A stretch of DNA of 64,000 bases from Octopus vulgaris (GCA_951406725.2 OX597821.1:54312001-54376000); one strand, 5' to 3'; shown: positions 52,233 through 64,000, counted from the stretch's first letter. The notes: generated from the letters alone by a model not told the origin. Numbers and translations are program-made.

Positions 52233-52460
52233 AATTCTTTATTGCCCACAAGGGGCTAAACCCAGAGGGGACAAGGACAGACAAAGGGATTAAGTCAATT
52301 ACATCGACCCCAATGCATAACTGGTACTTTATTTATCGACCCCGAAAGGATGAAAGGCAAAGTCAACCTTGGCGGAATTTGAACTCAGAACGTAACGGCA
52401 GGCGAAATACCGCTAAGCATTTTGCCCAGCACGCTAATGTTTCTGTCAGCTCACCACCTG
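52233..52460 (-). mobile_element. SINE family B, young, with 15-bp target-site duplication
   Basis: CTCCACTGTAAATAT at 52218-52232 and 52461-52475; body ATCGACCCCGAAAGGATGAAAGGCAAAGTC..GAATTTGAACTCAGAACG. Confidence 0.93.
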
Positions 52461-53035
52461 CTCCACTGTAAATATTTTGAGCAGGTCACTGAATGACAAT
52501 AACTTCTCTCCTGTTCCTCAGTCACAGAGACCCTGGTAAAAGATCATGATTACTGTCCTTCTGTTGCTATGTATTCAAATGTATTGATTGCCTGTGATTC
52601 TGCTGCATATATATATTATGTATTGATTAGCTGCAAATTGAGCATTATTGCTTGCATTTTATTACACATAAAAAAAAACAACAAGAAATCGACAGATTTA
52701 TTACTGAAGCAATAAACAAAATCAAAATATACAACAACAAAATATAACAAAGCAAACCAGAACATGAAACAAAAGCAATAAATAATTCAAAAAGCAAGAA
52801 TTTGGCAATTTGATCTCCATCTTGAATATTTTTCTGCATAGCTAGTTCTGATAAAATGTATATTTAATGTTTTATCATCATAAATGATGACTTATTGACT
52901 TCCAGCCAGACACATATGCTCCTCATGTGTTTCATATTACTGATAGTACATTCATATAATAGGTAAACAATTTTATTATTTTGCGTGTGTGTGTATAAGT
53001 GCATGTGTGTGTATATATGTATGTATATATGTGTA

Positions 53036-53109
<74 letters not shown>

Positions 53110-53254
53110 TGTATGCATGCATGTGTGTATATATATATGTATGCATATATATATGTGTGTGTATATATTTCCTCATTGAGAATAATTTGAACCCCTGTTA
53201 TGCTGGAATTTTTATTCTCTAACAAATAAAATTAAATACACACACACACATATA

Positions 53255-53398
53255 TATCTTAGCTGATTTTTCATATACAAGCAAAGCCATTGTTAGAAAG
53301 AATCACTGAAATGCGTCATTGTTGATGCAATGTGAGGCCCTTGTATGACTCTTGAGCCCAGTGAAACTTTTGCACATTCTATTACATAATGCACATAT
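53255..53398 (-). mobile_element. Very short RTE-type 3' end with one C2H2 finger
   Basis: ICALCNRMCKSFTGLKSHTRASH, then CAATGGCTTTGCTTGTATATGAAAAATCAGCTAAGA, similar to the trailer at 50330-50365; flanked by (TA)n. Confidence 0.65.
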
Positions 53399-53514
53399 AT
53401 ATATGTATATATATATATATATATATATTTGTAGGTATATACATATTTCTAAGTGTGTGTATGTATATGTGTGTGTGTGTGTGTGTGTGTGCATATGTAT
53501 ATATATTACACACA

Positions 53515-54115
53515 CAGGCACACACAGAACAAGATAGAGGGTGAGATAGATATGCATTTGCATCAGGAAGCTTGAATTCTAACTTATTAAATATGCTTCT
53601 GGCACTAAAGTACCGAACCAGGAAGGCAGATGACAGTTACTGTATTAAGAGATATTCTACTGATCTATTTTCTAGGTATTAGGGGATTTTCTTAACTGAG
53701 CTTTTCTATGTTTTATATTTACAAGATCTTCACTTTAGATTCCATTAAATTTTCTAATTATTCTTTATCGTTTATATTAATCTTCTCCACCTCATTTTTT
53801 AAGGCATTATCATTTTAGTTTACCTCCAGTTACTATATTATATTATGGTTTCTTATTGAATTCTGTTTATTAATATTATCCTCTGAATTATTTACTGGAA
53901 GCTGATTATATTAATATATAGTGAAAAGTGAGTTCTTTCTGTTTAAATAATTCAGCATATCATCATCTGTCAATTTTTTTTTGTCTTTGTCCTAACATAT
54001 TACTCCTTCCTTTCTGCTTGTTCAGTACTTTAGTGCTAGTGGCATATTTAATAAGTTAGAATTCCACATACAAGTATGTATCTACCTCACTCTCCACTTT
54101 GTTCTGCATGTGTAT
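53515..54115. repeat. Fold-back element, ~110-bp arms, ~360-bp spacer
   Basis: Exact 23-bp inverted match GAATTCTAACTTATTAAATATGC (53574-96) / 54042-64, extending with mismatches in both directions. Confidence 0.85.
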
Positions 54116-54320
54116 GTAGTAGTAATTTTCAGAACAATGTCCTCCATTGTCTGCAACAATCTTGAACAATAGGGGAAGATAACAGTTTTCAATTTTCATG
54201 GTCAAATTTACAATTGTTTGATGTCTGCTGTTATCACAGCTCTCCTTCTCTGTTGCCTGTTAGATACTCACTTAAAGTAGATGACCACGCTTTCAAATAA
54301 TTCCATTTTTCATCAAATTC

Positions 54321-54373
54321 CTTTCACTGACGAAGAGAGGGCTCTTAGTAGCTAACTCTGAAATCAGTCCGAT
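54321..54373 (+). ncRNA. Type-I minimal hammerhead-ribozyme motif
   Basis: CTGACGA (54327-33), stem II AGAG/CTCT, GAAA (54360-63), TCAG, TC giving a GUC triplet (site after 54369). Stem I TCA/CGA is weak and consistent with a CpG-decayed TCG/CGA. Confidence 0.6.
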
Positions 54374-54583
54374 ATGGTAATAATGGAATTTTTTAGAAAT
54401 TTCTGTCGACCTTTTTTCGAGTAGTGTGCGTATTGTGAAAAAATTATATGGTTAATGGACAATATGTTCAATTTTTCGGCATATTTGGCATTATAATTCT
54501 TTTCCTTTGCCCTCATTTATGAATTGTTTATAAATTTAACCGTTAAAGGTATTTTTTAATATGCTGGCCATTGATGAAATTTG

Positions 54584-54630
<47 letters not shown>

Positions 54631-55199
54631 CTGTATGTATATATATATATAACTGTATGTATATATATATATATATATAACTGTATGTAAATATGCTTGT
54701 CAACATAGAGATTGAATACCCAACTGTTCCTGGTGTCCTGCATGCTGAAATACCTGAATTCTAATGAATCCTACAATTGAACAATACTATATATGTGTGT
54801 ATGTGCATATGTATCCATATATTGTATGTGTGTATGTATGTAAGTATGCATGCATGCATGTATGTGTGCATATGATGATGATGATTGCCATGGCAGCACT
54901 GGCAGAGTACACACACAGAGGTACCAAACCAATTAAAAGCCAACAACACACAAACTTACTGTTAATTTGGAGCTTATTTACAGTTTAGAATTACTGGAGG
55001 ATGGTTAGAGATAGTCTGTGTGTTATGTAACCAGAAATGACTCTTTAGTCCAGCAACAGATTTACAGATTTTTCCACACAGATGACAAGAAAATGCTTGA
55101 TTTTGCTGTAAAGACAACTAGAAATTATGATTGTGACATTCATGTGTTTTGTTAACCCAGATTTATTTCTGCAGATCTTATAGCAAATAGAGTAAGATG

Positions 55200-57010
55200 A
55201 TGCATCTGATTGTGACTATGAAAATTTAATTGGGGGCCTAAATGATTGCTTCTGTTTATTGCTAACTAGTCTAGCTTGGGAGAGACAAATATGGTTGCAA
55301 GTATAACAAGTTAAGAGAGAAAAATCAATGGCCACAAGCAAACCCTTTCTTGCCTCTCTTTTTATCAATTTATGCTTCTGCTTATGCTCTTTAAACAAAG
55401 AAGTACCTTCTTGGACTTTTCTCTTCCATTTTGATTGGTCCATTGCATCCCTCTCCAAGTTTGCATACATCCTTTTGAAATTCTTTAAAGAGCTCTTTAT
55501 TGAATCTCTGAAACACATTTTTGGTTTATATTGAGGTCTTTTTGTTCTTTTTATCTGGCTGCACAACAATTATTTGGGCATGCATTGATTAGATTCCTAT
55601 ATCAGATAGCATGACCTGCAAAGTCTGTGCAGATAAACTTCAGTTCCAATGCTATCTACACCAGCACACACAAATGCTTCAGAATTCAGTACTTTGTGCA
55701 TTCATTTGATTTTCAGTATAGAGTACAAACATCTCTGATGAAATTGCTTTGATAATTTCAGATGCTTCCAATATACTACCCATGTCTGACATGAATAAAA
55801 AAAAAGTGATGAACGCACACAAACCCTGTATACTGCAACCTTTGTGTTTTTAGAAATATTTCTATTAGACCAAACTCACTCTTCAAGGTTCTTGAAAACC
55901 CAAGATGCATTTTGAAGAGAGTTAGCTATTTCATCATTTAAAGAACAAACATGATTCAGCACGCTACCAAGATATATAAGTCTATCTACAACATTCAGTT
56001 TTGTGTTTTGAAGAAAAATATCAGATTCATAATATGAGCTGGATGCTAGCTGAAGTATAACAACAGACTTATCTAAATTTAATGCTATCTCAAAGATCGC
56101 ACAAGATTTGTCAATTTTAAGCATTAAGTTATGCAATTCATTGATTGAATAGGTTACTAAGTTACAGTTATGTGCATACAATAAACCTCTCATTAGAAAG
56201 ACAAACGTGTTTCTTTTTGCTGGCAACCTTTCCAAATTAAATAATTTACCAGTGTTTCTATAATGAATACATACACCATCCCTGCAGTCTTTGAATGCAT
56301 TTGCAAGCATAACCAAAAAGTATAGTGAAAATAACACTGATCCAAGAATATCTCCTTGGTTCACTCTATTTTCCACTTTAAAAGATTCTGAAAGAACACT
56401 TTCAATGCTGACAAATACAAACATGTCATTATGAAAAGATCTTATCATGTTCATGAAATGTATTGGATAGCCAAGCTTATGCCAAACCTCCCATAATGCC
56501 TCCTGAATCACTGTGTCAAAGGCCTTTGTTAAATCAACAAAGGCTTGGACTAAATCTAGATTTTATTCTCAGCATTTTTCTTGCTCTAGATTTGCAGAAA
56601 ATATCATAGCCATAGTTACACTATTTGGCTTAAAGCCACACTGAGATTCTGGAAGGACATTCAGTGAAATCATATCATCTAATCAGAAAATGAAAACCCT
56701 AGCAAAAACTTTGGCAGCAGAGCATAAGAGTTTGATTCATCTTGAATTGTCGCATTTATGATGTGCTCCTTTTCCCTTATAAATAAGGATTATAACACCA
56801 TCACACCAAGCTTTTGGTACTCTTCCTATCTTCTATACATCACCATTATTTTATACATTGATATTGCAATATGGTAAGCTTCGAACTAGAAAATCTCTGC
56901 TACAATTCCATACATTCCTGTGCTTTTCCAGAATTAAGTTTACTTAACGAGATTTTAACCTCTCCCTTTGAAGGAATATGATTTGATTCATAAGACAGGA
57001 GATGATATCA
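55200..57010 (-). mobile_element. RTE (BovB-like) LINE ORF2 fossil, RT to C-terminal finger
   Basis: Minus strand: VLPESQCGL, ALVDLTKAFDTV, IRSFH..NRVNQGDILGSVLFSLYF, LFNLERL, LLYAHN, YLGS.L, C-terminal TCYTCNHICLSQARL. Confidence 0.9.
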
Positions 57011-57014
57011 TGAC

Positions 57015-57355
57015 TGACTTTAAAATTTCGAATAAATAAGTGCACCGCTGTATACAGCTCCAGTGCATGTGCCATATATGAAGCTTACTTTATCTGCTAG
57101 TCTGCTTTTGATTCCACTACACCTCTTGTGCATCCATAGCATGTAACAGGTCAGCATAAGGAGTCTACACCAACTCTGATTCTGCATATTAAGCAAGACC
57201 ATATCTTTGACGCTACCAGAGTAATGTCTTTTCTTTCCTAATAACTAAAATCTTCATCTTTGCTAAGTTTACTTACCTTAAGACCACTTAATTCTAGGTT
57301 TAGCTTCAAAGCCTGGAACTTCTTCTCTAATTTCTCAATAGATTCAACAATGAAA
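57015..57355 (-). mobile_element. RTE LINE fragment (PHD-like subfamily)
   Basis: LEKKFQALKLNLELSGLKV; C.LWMHKRCSGIKSRLADKVSFI.G.CTGA. Confidence 0.7.
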
Positions 57356-57545
57356 ACTATATACACATGAACATGAATACATATTCATGTGTATTTGAAT
57401 GAATATATATATATATATGTGTGTGTGTGTGTATATATCATCATCATCATCATCGTTTAACGTCCGTTTTCCGCACTAGCACGGGTATATATATATATAC
57501 GTATATATATGTATACGTATATGCGTATGTATATATGTATATGTG

Positions 57546-57577
<32 letters not shown>

Positions 57578-58009
57578 TGTACATATATATATATATATAT
57601 ACACATATACATGTACATATACATACATATATATATCTAGATAGATAGATAGATAGATACACACACAAACACACACACATATATATATACACATATACCT
57701 CCACACACATGAGTGTGTGTGTGTGCGTGCGGGCGTGTGTGTATGTGTGCGTGTGTGTGTGTGCGTGCGTGTGTGTACACATGTGCAAACTGATTGTGAG
57801 AGTGTAAACCAGACAGAAGCATAGAAAAATGAGGGAAGTAAAGAAACATGAAATTATATTAATACAAGTTTATGGTAATTATTATAGTCTTTATTGGCTG
57901 ATGTAGGAATGTATCTGCTAATGTTCAACAACATTGAAAGAAGATTTAAAGCTCGTTTTGTGTTTCATCTTTTCTTCTCATTGCATCATCTCTCTTTATG
58001 GCTACACTC

Positions 58010-58168
58010 TGTTTTAAATAGATTTCCTCCTTTGTGTATTTCACATTAAAACACGATCAAATAATAATTATAATTAAAATAGTGATCATTAAAAGAATCC
58101 TGTGTATATACATACATATATATATATGCATACATACAGACATACATACATACATACATATATATATT

Positions 58169-58210
<42 letters not shown>

Positions 58211-58363
58211 CATAATCATCATCATTGTTTAACGTCCGCTTTCGATGCTGTCATGGGTTGGACGGTTTGACTGGGGACTGGTGAGCCAGATGGCTGCACC
58301 AGGCTCCAATCTGATCTGGTAGAGTTTCTACAGCTGGATGTCCTTCCTAATGCCAAATACTCT
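58010..58363 (+). repeat. Local duplication, copy 1 (copy 2 at 60164-60495)
   Basis: Near-identical unique flank + microsatellite + retro-tail in both copies. Confidence 0.92.
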
Positions 58364-58700
58364 GAGAGTGTAGTGGGTATTCTTATGTGCTACTGGCATG
58401 AGGGCCAGTCAGGCAGTACTGGCAACGGCCATACTCAAATGGTGTTTTTAAGTTTCACCTGCACAGGAGCCAATCCAGCAGCACTGGCAATGCCCTCACT
58501 CACATGTTTTCACGTACCACCAGTACAAGTGCCAGTAAAGTGATGCTGGTAACGATCATGGTCGAATGCTGCTTTTTATGTGCCACCAGCATGGGGGCCA
58601 GTCAGCAGCCCTGGCAATGATCCTGCTTGGATGGTGCCCTTAGTGCTCCACTAGCACGGATGCCAGTCATGCAGTGCTGTCATCGAATTTGATTTTAATA
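58208..58700 (-). mobile_element. Family D retroelement 3' region with internal subrepeats
   Basis: (CAT)n-TTTAACGTCCGCTTT..GGTTGGACGGTT..GGATGTCCTTCCTAATGCC; repeated GCCAGTCAG..CTGGCAA units. Confidence 0.85.
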
Positions 58701-58709
58701 TATACATGT

Positions 58710-58911
58710 GTCTGGCACCTGCCAGCTCTGTCTGGCACCTGTGCGGCACCCACTACACTCACGGAGTGGTTGGCGTTAGGAAGGGCATCCAGCCGTAGAA
58801 ACACTGCCAGATCTGACTAGGCCTGATGAAGCCTTCCGGCTTCACAGACCCCAGTTGAACTGTCCAACCCATGCTAGCATGGAAAACAGACGCTAAATGA
58901 TGATGATGATG

Positions 58912-58912
<1 letters not shown>
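58710..58912 (+). mobile_element. Family D retroelement 3' tail
   Basis: GGAGTGGTTGGCGTTAGGAAGGGCATCCAGCCGTAGAAAC..CCATGCTAGCATGGAAAAC..(GAT)n. Confidence 0.9.
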
Positions 58913-59004
<92 letters not shown>

Positions 59005-59024
59005 ATATAAATATGTATGCACAC

Positions 59025-60110
59025 ATACAAGCTTGTAAAAGAACTAGAGATAGATAAATAGCTCAAAAGACTAGAGCAAGTCATGTACAGGGGTGCTGAT
59101 GACAAGATGTAACCAAAGTGCACATGAAAGAATTTAACATAGTTTATTGAACAGCAGGACTCAGTTCTCATTCCCCTTCTATTTAATATAGTCTTCCAAG
59201 TCAAAACAAGGGAGTTTATAACGAGTTCTCTCTAAGAACTCATGTATGTCAATGATCTATAACTCAAAACTGAATAAAAGATCCAGAGAAGAATTTCCAA
59301 ATTTGGAAGCCAATCCTAGAATTGGGAGGCCACAAAGGAAATCTTACAAAACTGAAGTTATAGTTTACACGGGAAATGACAACTCCTTGCTGCTGCCAGG
59401 AAAGTAGCCTTGGCAAAAAGATGTACCCATTGTAAAATGGAATCACAAATGTGTAGTGGGATTACAGATAGGATAACAAAGGAAGTATATTTCATTCATT
59501 AGTGGTAGATGCACAGGAATAGTGGAATTGAGTTAGAATAAATTCTTTTAAGTGCTCAGAAATCTTTCTAGAAGTAGTTGATAGCTTTTGTCACTCTGAT
59601 TATGTAATTGTAGCTGGAGTTCTGAAATTAAATTTGAAAAGCAAGAATAAGGTGGAAAAGATTTAGGGAGCTAACAACTCTGTTGGCTATAAAGAGTTCT
59701 ATCTGCATGAAGAGGAAATTGTTTAGTGCTTCCTGTACAACAGGTGATGCTGCATAATAACAAGATATGGGCTTTGAATGAAGAGAATCTGCCGTTATTG
59801 AAAAGGTATGAAATATTCGTACATTGGCGGATGTGTAATTTTAGTGTGCAGGAACTACAGGGCACTAATGACACAAGAGGAAATCCATATATATGAGAAA
59901 TCAGATGTTGCATGCAAGAGAGAAGACTGCTTAAGTGTGGACATGCGATACATATAGAGAATGACAGATATCTCTAAAAGTGTTAGGCACATCAATTTGA
60001 AGGAATATGTAGAAGGAAGAAGTGGAGATCACAAGTGGCTGACTCCCTCAAGATGATAAAAGACCATAACTTGTGGTGAAGCACTGTACTGATGGTAAAA
60101 GTAGACATAA
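59025..60110 (+). mobile_element. RTE LINE RT fossil
   Basis: QQDSVLIPLLFNIVFQ..REF...L*ELMYVNDL; KKFQIWKPILE; LEVVDSFCH; IRWKRFRELT; QERRLLKCGH. Confidence 0.75.
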
Positions 60111-60163
60111 ACACATCTATGTTGAAGTCTTTCCCATCTGTTCTGTTCATATAAAAATCTTCA

Positions 60164-60274
60164 TGTTTTAAACAGATTTCCTCCTTTGTGTAATTCACAT
60201 TAAAACACGATCAAATAATAATTATAATTAAAATAGTGATCATTAAAAGAATCCTGTGTATATATATATATATG

Positions 60275-60341
<67 letters not shown>

Positions 60342-60495
60342 TCATAATCATCATCATTGTTTAACGTCCGCTTTCGATGCTGGCATGGGTTGGACGGTTT
60401 GACTGGGGATTGCTGAGCCAGATGGCTGCACCAGGCTCCAATCTGATCTGGTAGAGTTTCTACAGCTGGATGTCCTTCCTAATGCCAAACACTCT
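60164..60495 (+). repeat. Local duplication, copy 2
   Basis: Matches 58010-58363 with a few substitutions and different microsatellite lengths. Confidence 0.92.
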
Positions 60496-60695
60496 TTAAC
60501 CCTTTAACCCTTTCGATACCAACCCGGCTGAAACCACCTCTGGCTCTGTAGTACAAATGCTTTGTTTTCATAAGTTTTGAATTAAAATCTTCCACCAAAC
60601 TTTAGTCACGATTTATTGATAACTAAATTATTTTACTAAATCCTTTGTTATATTTAAAATTAATTGAAAGAAACAGAGCATCTCAAAATAAATAA
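60496..60695 (-). mobile_element. piggyBac-type MITE end
   Basis: TTAACCCTTTAACCCTTTCG terminus; body is the reverse complement of 23550-23672. Confidence 0.65.
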
Positions 60696-61554
60696 GTGTC
60701 TTCTTTATCACTACACTTATCAATGTGTCTTTCTATAATCACCCGTTCTCTCTCTCAAATCATGCCACTTATTGTAATGAGGGATAGCACCACAATGGAT
60801 CAATCTGTATTCAATACCTCTATTATCATCCTCCCTTCTTTAGAACTATTACCATCAACCCTTTACTCTCTCCTCTGTCACTCACTTTTCCTTTTCTGTC
60901 ACTCTATATCTCCCCCTACCACCCTCTCTCTCTCTTCCCATTTCACACAGCTCACACTGTTTCTATTCAATCTCCTCACCAAAATAATTTGTGCATCTGT
61001 CCATCTCTCTCTCTCTCTCTTTCTCTATATTTATTGCTTACTCTATCACCTGCAACTCTTATCCTTTGGGTTTGCATCTATTACTTCCTTTCAATCATCC
61101 TTTTTCTTTTTTTTACTGACATTTTTCACCATTCTCTCTTCTACATGCCAAGGAGGAAACAACTGGCTGTCATTAAGGAATGAATGAACAAGAATAACAT
61201 GTTAGAGAAGATTGAAAAATCTTTCTAAGTACAAGGTAGCCACTCTAGTGCTGGTGCCATGATCAATCGCATCCAGTCCACTCTCTGAAATGGTCTACAG
61301 ATTCTTGTCAAAAATGGAACATAGCAGCTAGAAGTGGCTTCTAATTTATTTAATCCATGACCTATGCCATCAAGAGATTGCAGATTTAAAAAGATCATGG
61401 TCATGATGATGATAATATATGTATGTGTGCATATGTACTTATACATGTATATAGATACATACCTATGTATACATTCCTCCTTCCACACACACACACATAT
61501 ACACACACACACATGTATGCCTGGATATATAGAGAGAGAAGAGAATGAGAGATA

Positions 61555-61667
61555 GAGAGGCAGATAGACAGACAGGCAGATATATAGATAGATAGATAGA
61601 TAGATAGATTAGATAGATTGATAGATAGTTAGATAGATTGATTGATTGATTGACTGATTGATTGATT

Positions 61668-61750
<83 letters not shown>
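61555..61750. repeat. (GATA)n/(GATT)n tetranucleotide array
   Basis: Directly visible. Confidence 0.95.
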
Positions 61751-61931
61751 GTTCCTTACATAAAAATCACTGTGCACTCATCTTTCATATGTATGTCTAT
61801 ATACTTTTACATGGGTTTTTGTGCATTTGTATGCATATTTATTCAATTCAGAGGGATGAACATTTTCTCATAGCACCTGTGTGTTGTAGAAGTTCTGAAG
61901 CAATGAGATCCATAAAGCTGTTTATACACGT

Positions 61932-61966
<35 letters not shown>

Positions 61967-61970
<4 letters not shown>

Positions 61971-63622
61971 GTGTTCCAAATAGTGTATACACATTTTAAC
62001 AGCTAACTTAATTCTCATTCCCTCTAGATTTCACCCATCAGGTATAATTAAGGAAGCCAGACCAAGCTTTGAACAAAAGAGATTTATCCTTAAGCACAAG
62101 TAGAAATTTGAAAGTACAGTTGATGTGTAAAGATAGTTTAGCAGTCAGCCTGAAATGGATTTACCTACACCTTCTCCAATTCCCCCTCTCTTCTTAAAGG
62201 ATCTTTGTCTTGTAAGTTACTTGGTGACCCTGCCAGTGTTGGTGCCACATAAAAAGCATCCACTGTAAAGCAGTTAGATCCATGTCAAAACTGCTCTCGC
62301 TTGTGTGAGTGCCACATAAAAAGCATTCTGTCCACTCTGCTTAGTGGTTGGTGCAAGGAAGGGCATCCAACTATAACAACCATGCTGAAGCAGACACAAA
62401 TGTTTGGTGCAGTCTGCCTAGCCAGCTCCTGCCAAACTATCCAACACATGCTAGAATAGAAGGTGGACGTTAAATGATGATAATGATGATGATGAACTTG
62501 CCATCATTTGAATTAGAGATAAGTTTGAAGCAGATGGGACTGTTCAGAACGTCCACAAGAAACATTCTGGAAGACTATGGGCACTGATAAGCCCTACAAA
62601 GCAAGGAAAGATGCTGATAATATAATGCCAGAATTTTTTTTTTTTTACATTTCAGCTCAGAGCTGCGGCCATACAGATGCACCGCCAGAATTGAAGAAAA
62701 TCTGTGCAGCAAGTGAGTCATGGGAAAGGAAATTAAAAAATGCGCATCCATTGCACTTTGTAGTGCTGTAATTGGAAAAAGTTGCATTGCAAGAATAGTC
62801 CATGATCTCAGTGAAGATAAACTGGTCAGAATTGTGGAGTTTTGTGAATGATACTTAACAAGATATGTAGAAGATGCACATTTTATAACATAGACTGTTT
62901 GAAGTCATGAGGATACATTTAAATATAATGGCTCAAAGAACCACTACAACTGCACATACAAGGGATCTGTGAATCTGTATATTATGGAGGAACATCATAT
63001 TGATTTATGAGGGTGAAGCTTATCATCAAAAAGATAAAGTATACTTTTCCTTTGTTTTTTTTTTTGTTTTTTTTTTTTTTTTTGGCATTACTGTGAGTGG
63101 ACCCATTTACTTGAACTTGCAGCACCAACTTGTTGTTCCAAGCATTAAAGAGAACTTTTATGATGTGAAATTTTAGTTTCAGTAAGATGGGGCATCCCCC
63201 ACTCTACTACAGTAATGTAAGTGCTGAACTTGTGAGATTTTGACAAACAGGTGGATTAGACAAAGAGTTTCAATTGAATACCCTCCACATTTACAAGACC
63301 TCACACCGCTAGAGGCTTTTTAATGGGGATATTTAAACAATAAAGTTTATGGTACAAAACTGGCAACAATCAAATGGATTGAGGCCAACTATTGAATGCA
63401 TGAGTGTGAAAATACTAAATTAAATGTTTCTTGATGTTTGAGATTCTTTGATTTCACAATATCAGCAATGCCTGGACAAGAATGGTAGTCAGTTGATAAA
63501 CAGACATTCATAACAAACATTAAATTTTTTCTGTAGATTCTGTTAAATTTTGAAAATAAAATATAGTTTAATAACCATTGACTTTATTCAAAGTGTGTAT
63601 ACATTTTGGTGGGGACATCCTG
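61967..63622 (+). mobile_element. Tc1/mariner-superfamily transposon fossil with both TIRs
   Basis: TIRs GTGTTCCAAATAGTGTATACACATTTTAA / TTCAAAGTGTGTATACATTTTGGTGGGGACATCCTG; IRDKFEADGTVQNVHKKHSGR; FQ*DGASP; YPPHLQDLTPL..F*WGYLNNKVY. Confidence 0.85.
62190..62495 (+). mobile_element. Family D tail inserted in the Tc1/mariner element
   Basis: GTGCCACATAAAAAGCA repeats, GGAAGGGCATCCA, GGACGTTAAATGATGAT; the transposase frame resumes after it. Confidence 0.8.
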
Positions 63623-64000
63623 TGTGTAGTGTATGTGTGCGTGTGTGTGTGCATGTGCATGTATCTGTATGCATATATGCATATATGTATCATCATCCTC
63701 ATTTTCATTTACCACCCATATTCCATGGTGGCATAGATTATATGGTTTGACAATATCTGACAGGTGAGAGGACTGCATGTATATTAACATGTGCGTATGC
63801 ATGTTTGTGTGTGTTTGTACACATGTGTGTGTGTGTGCATATGTATGATGTTTATACCTGAACATCTCAAAGTTGATCTAGCTCCATGTTATAAATAATT
63901 CATTCCTCAATAGGTGTTCTTCAGCAACCTTACTTCCAACAGAATCAATAAAAGTAATCTTTTATTTTCAGAGATAGAAGCATGGGTTTGTAAAAGGAGA

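Noticed and set aside
58820-58850. Hammerhead at CTGATGA-AGCC/GGCT
   Set aside because: No GAAA follows; other family D copies read CTGGTGCAGC here.
60496-60515. Telomeric repeat TTAACCC
   Set aside because: Only two units; matches a TTAA|CCCTTT piggyBac-type end whose body matches 23550-23672.
39-63865. Most ORF-track entries (poly-IY, HT, CV, LS, poly-V/M/D)
   Set aside because: They are translations of (TA)n, (CA)n, (CT)n and trinucleotide repeats or of SINE bodies, with no domain signal.

Overview
AT-rich, microsatellite-dense metazoan DNA with no recognisable intact host protein-coding gene, rRNA or true tRNA. The repeat inventory points to a coleoid cephalopod, most likely Octopus; this is an inference from recognised repeat types and was not database-checked. 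It includes a ~400-bp tRNA-headed SINE with an internal (TA/CA)n tract, RTE tails ending in (GAT)n and many (TA)n/(CA)n/(GATA)n arrays. The window is probably a large intron or gene desert. Transposon fossils readable by translation: RTE LINEs (endonuclease, RT, C-terminal C2H2 fingers), an R4/Dong-like LINE, a Penelope-like element (RT + GIY-YIG), mariner, Tc1, Tigger/pogo, a TIR-bounded Tc1/mariner, piggyBac- and hAT-type MITEs, and an internally deleted Helitron preceded by a mini-Helitron. The most interesting signal is a recurring architecture of long fold-back (inverted-repeat) elements in or beside (TA)n/(CA)n tracts. These are associated with minimal type-I hammerhead-ribozyme motifs, best at 10261-10310, 54321-54373 and 37930-38034, which mostly read outward from the fold-back centre. 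Nearly all ORF-track entries are microsatellite artefacts. Coordinates of degenerate elements are approximate and were read by eye.
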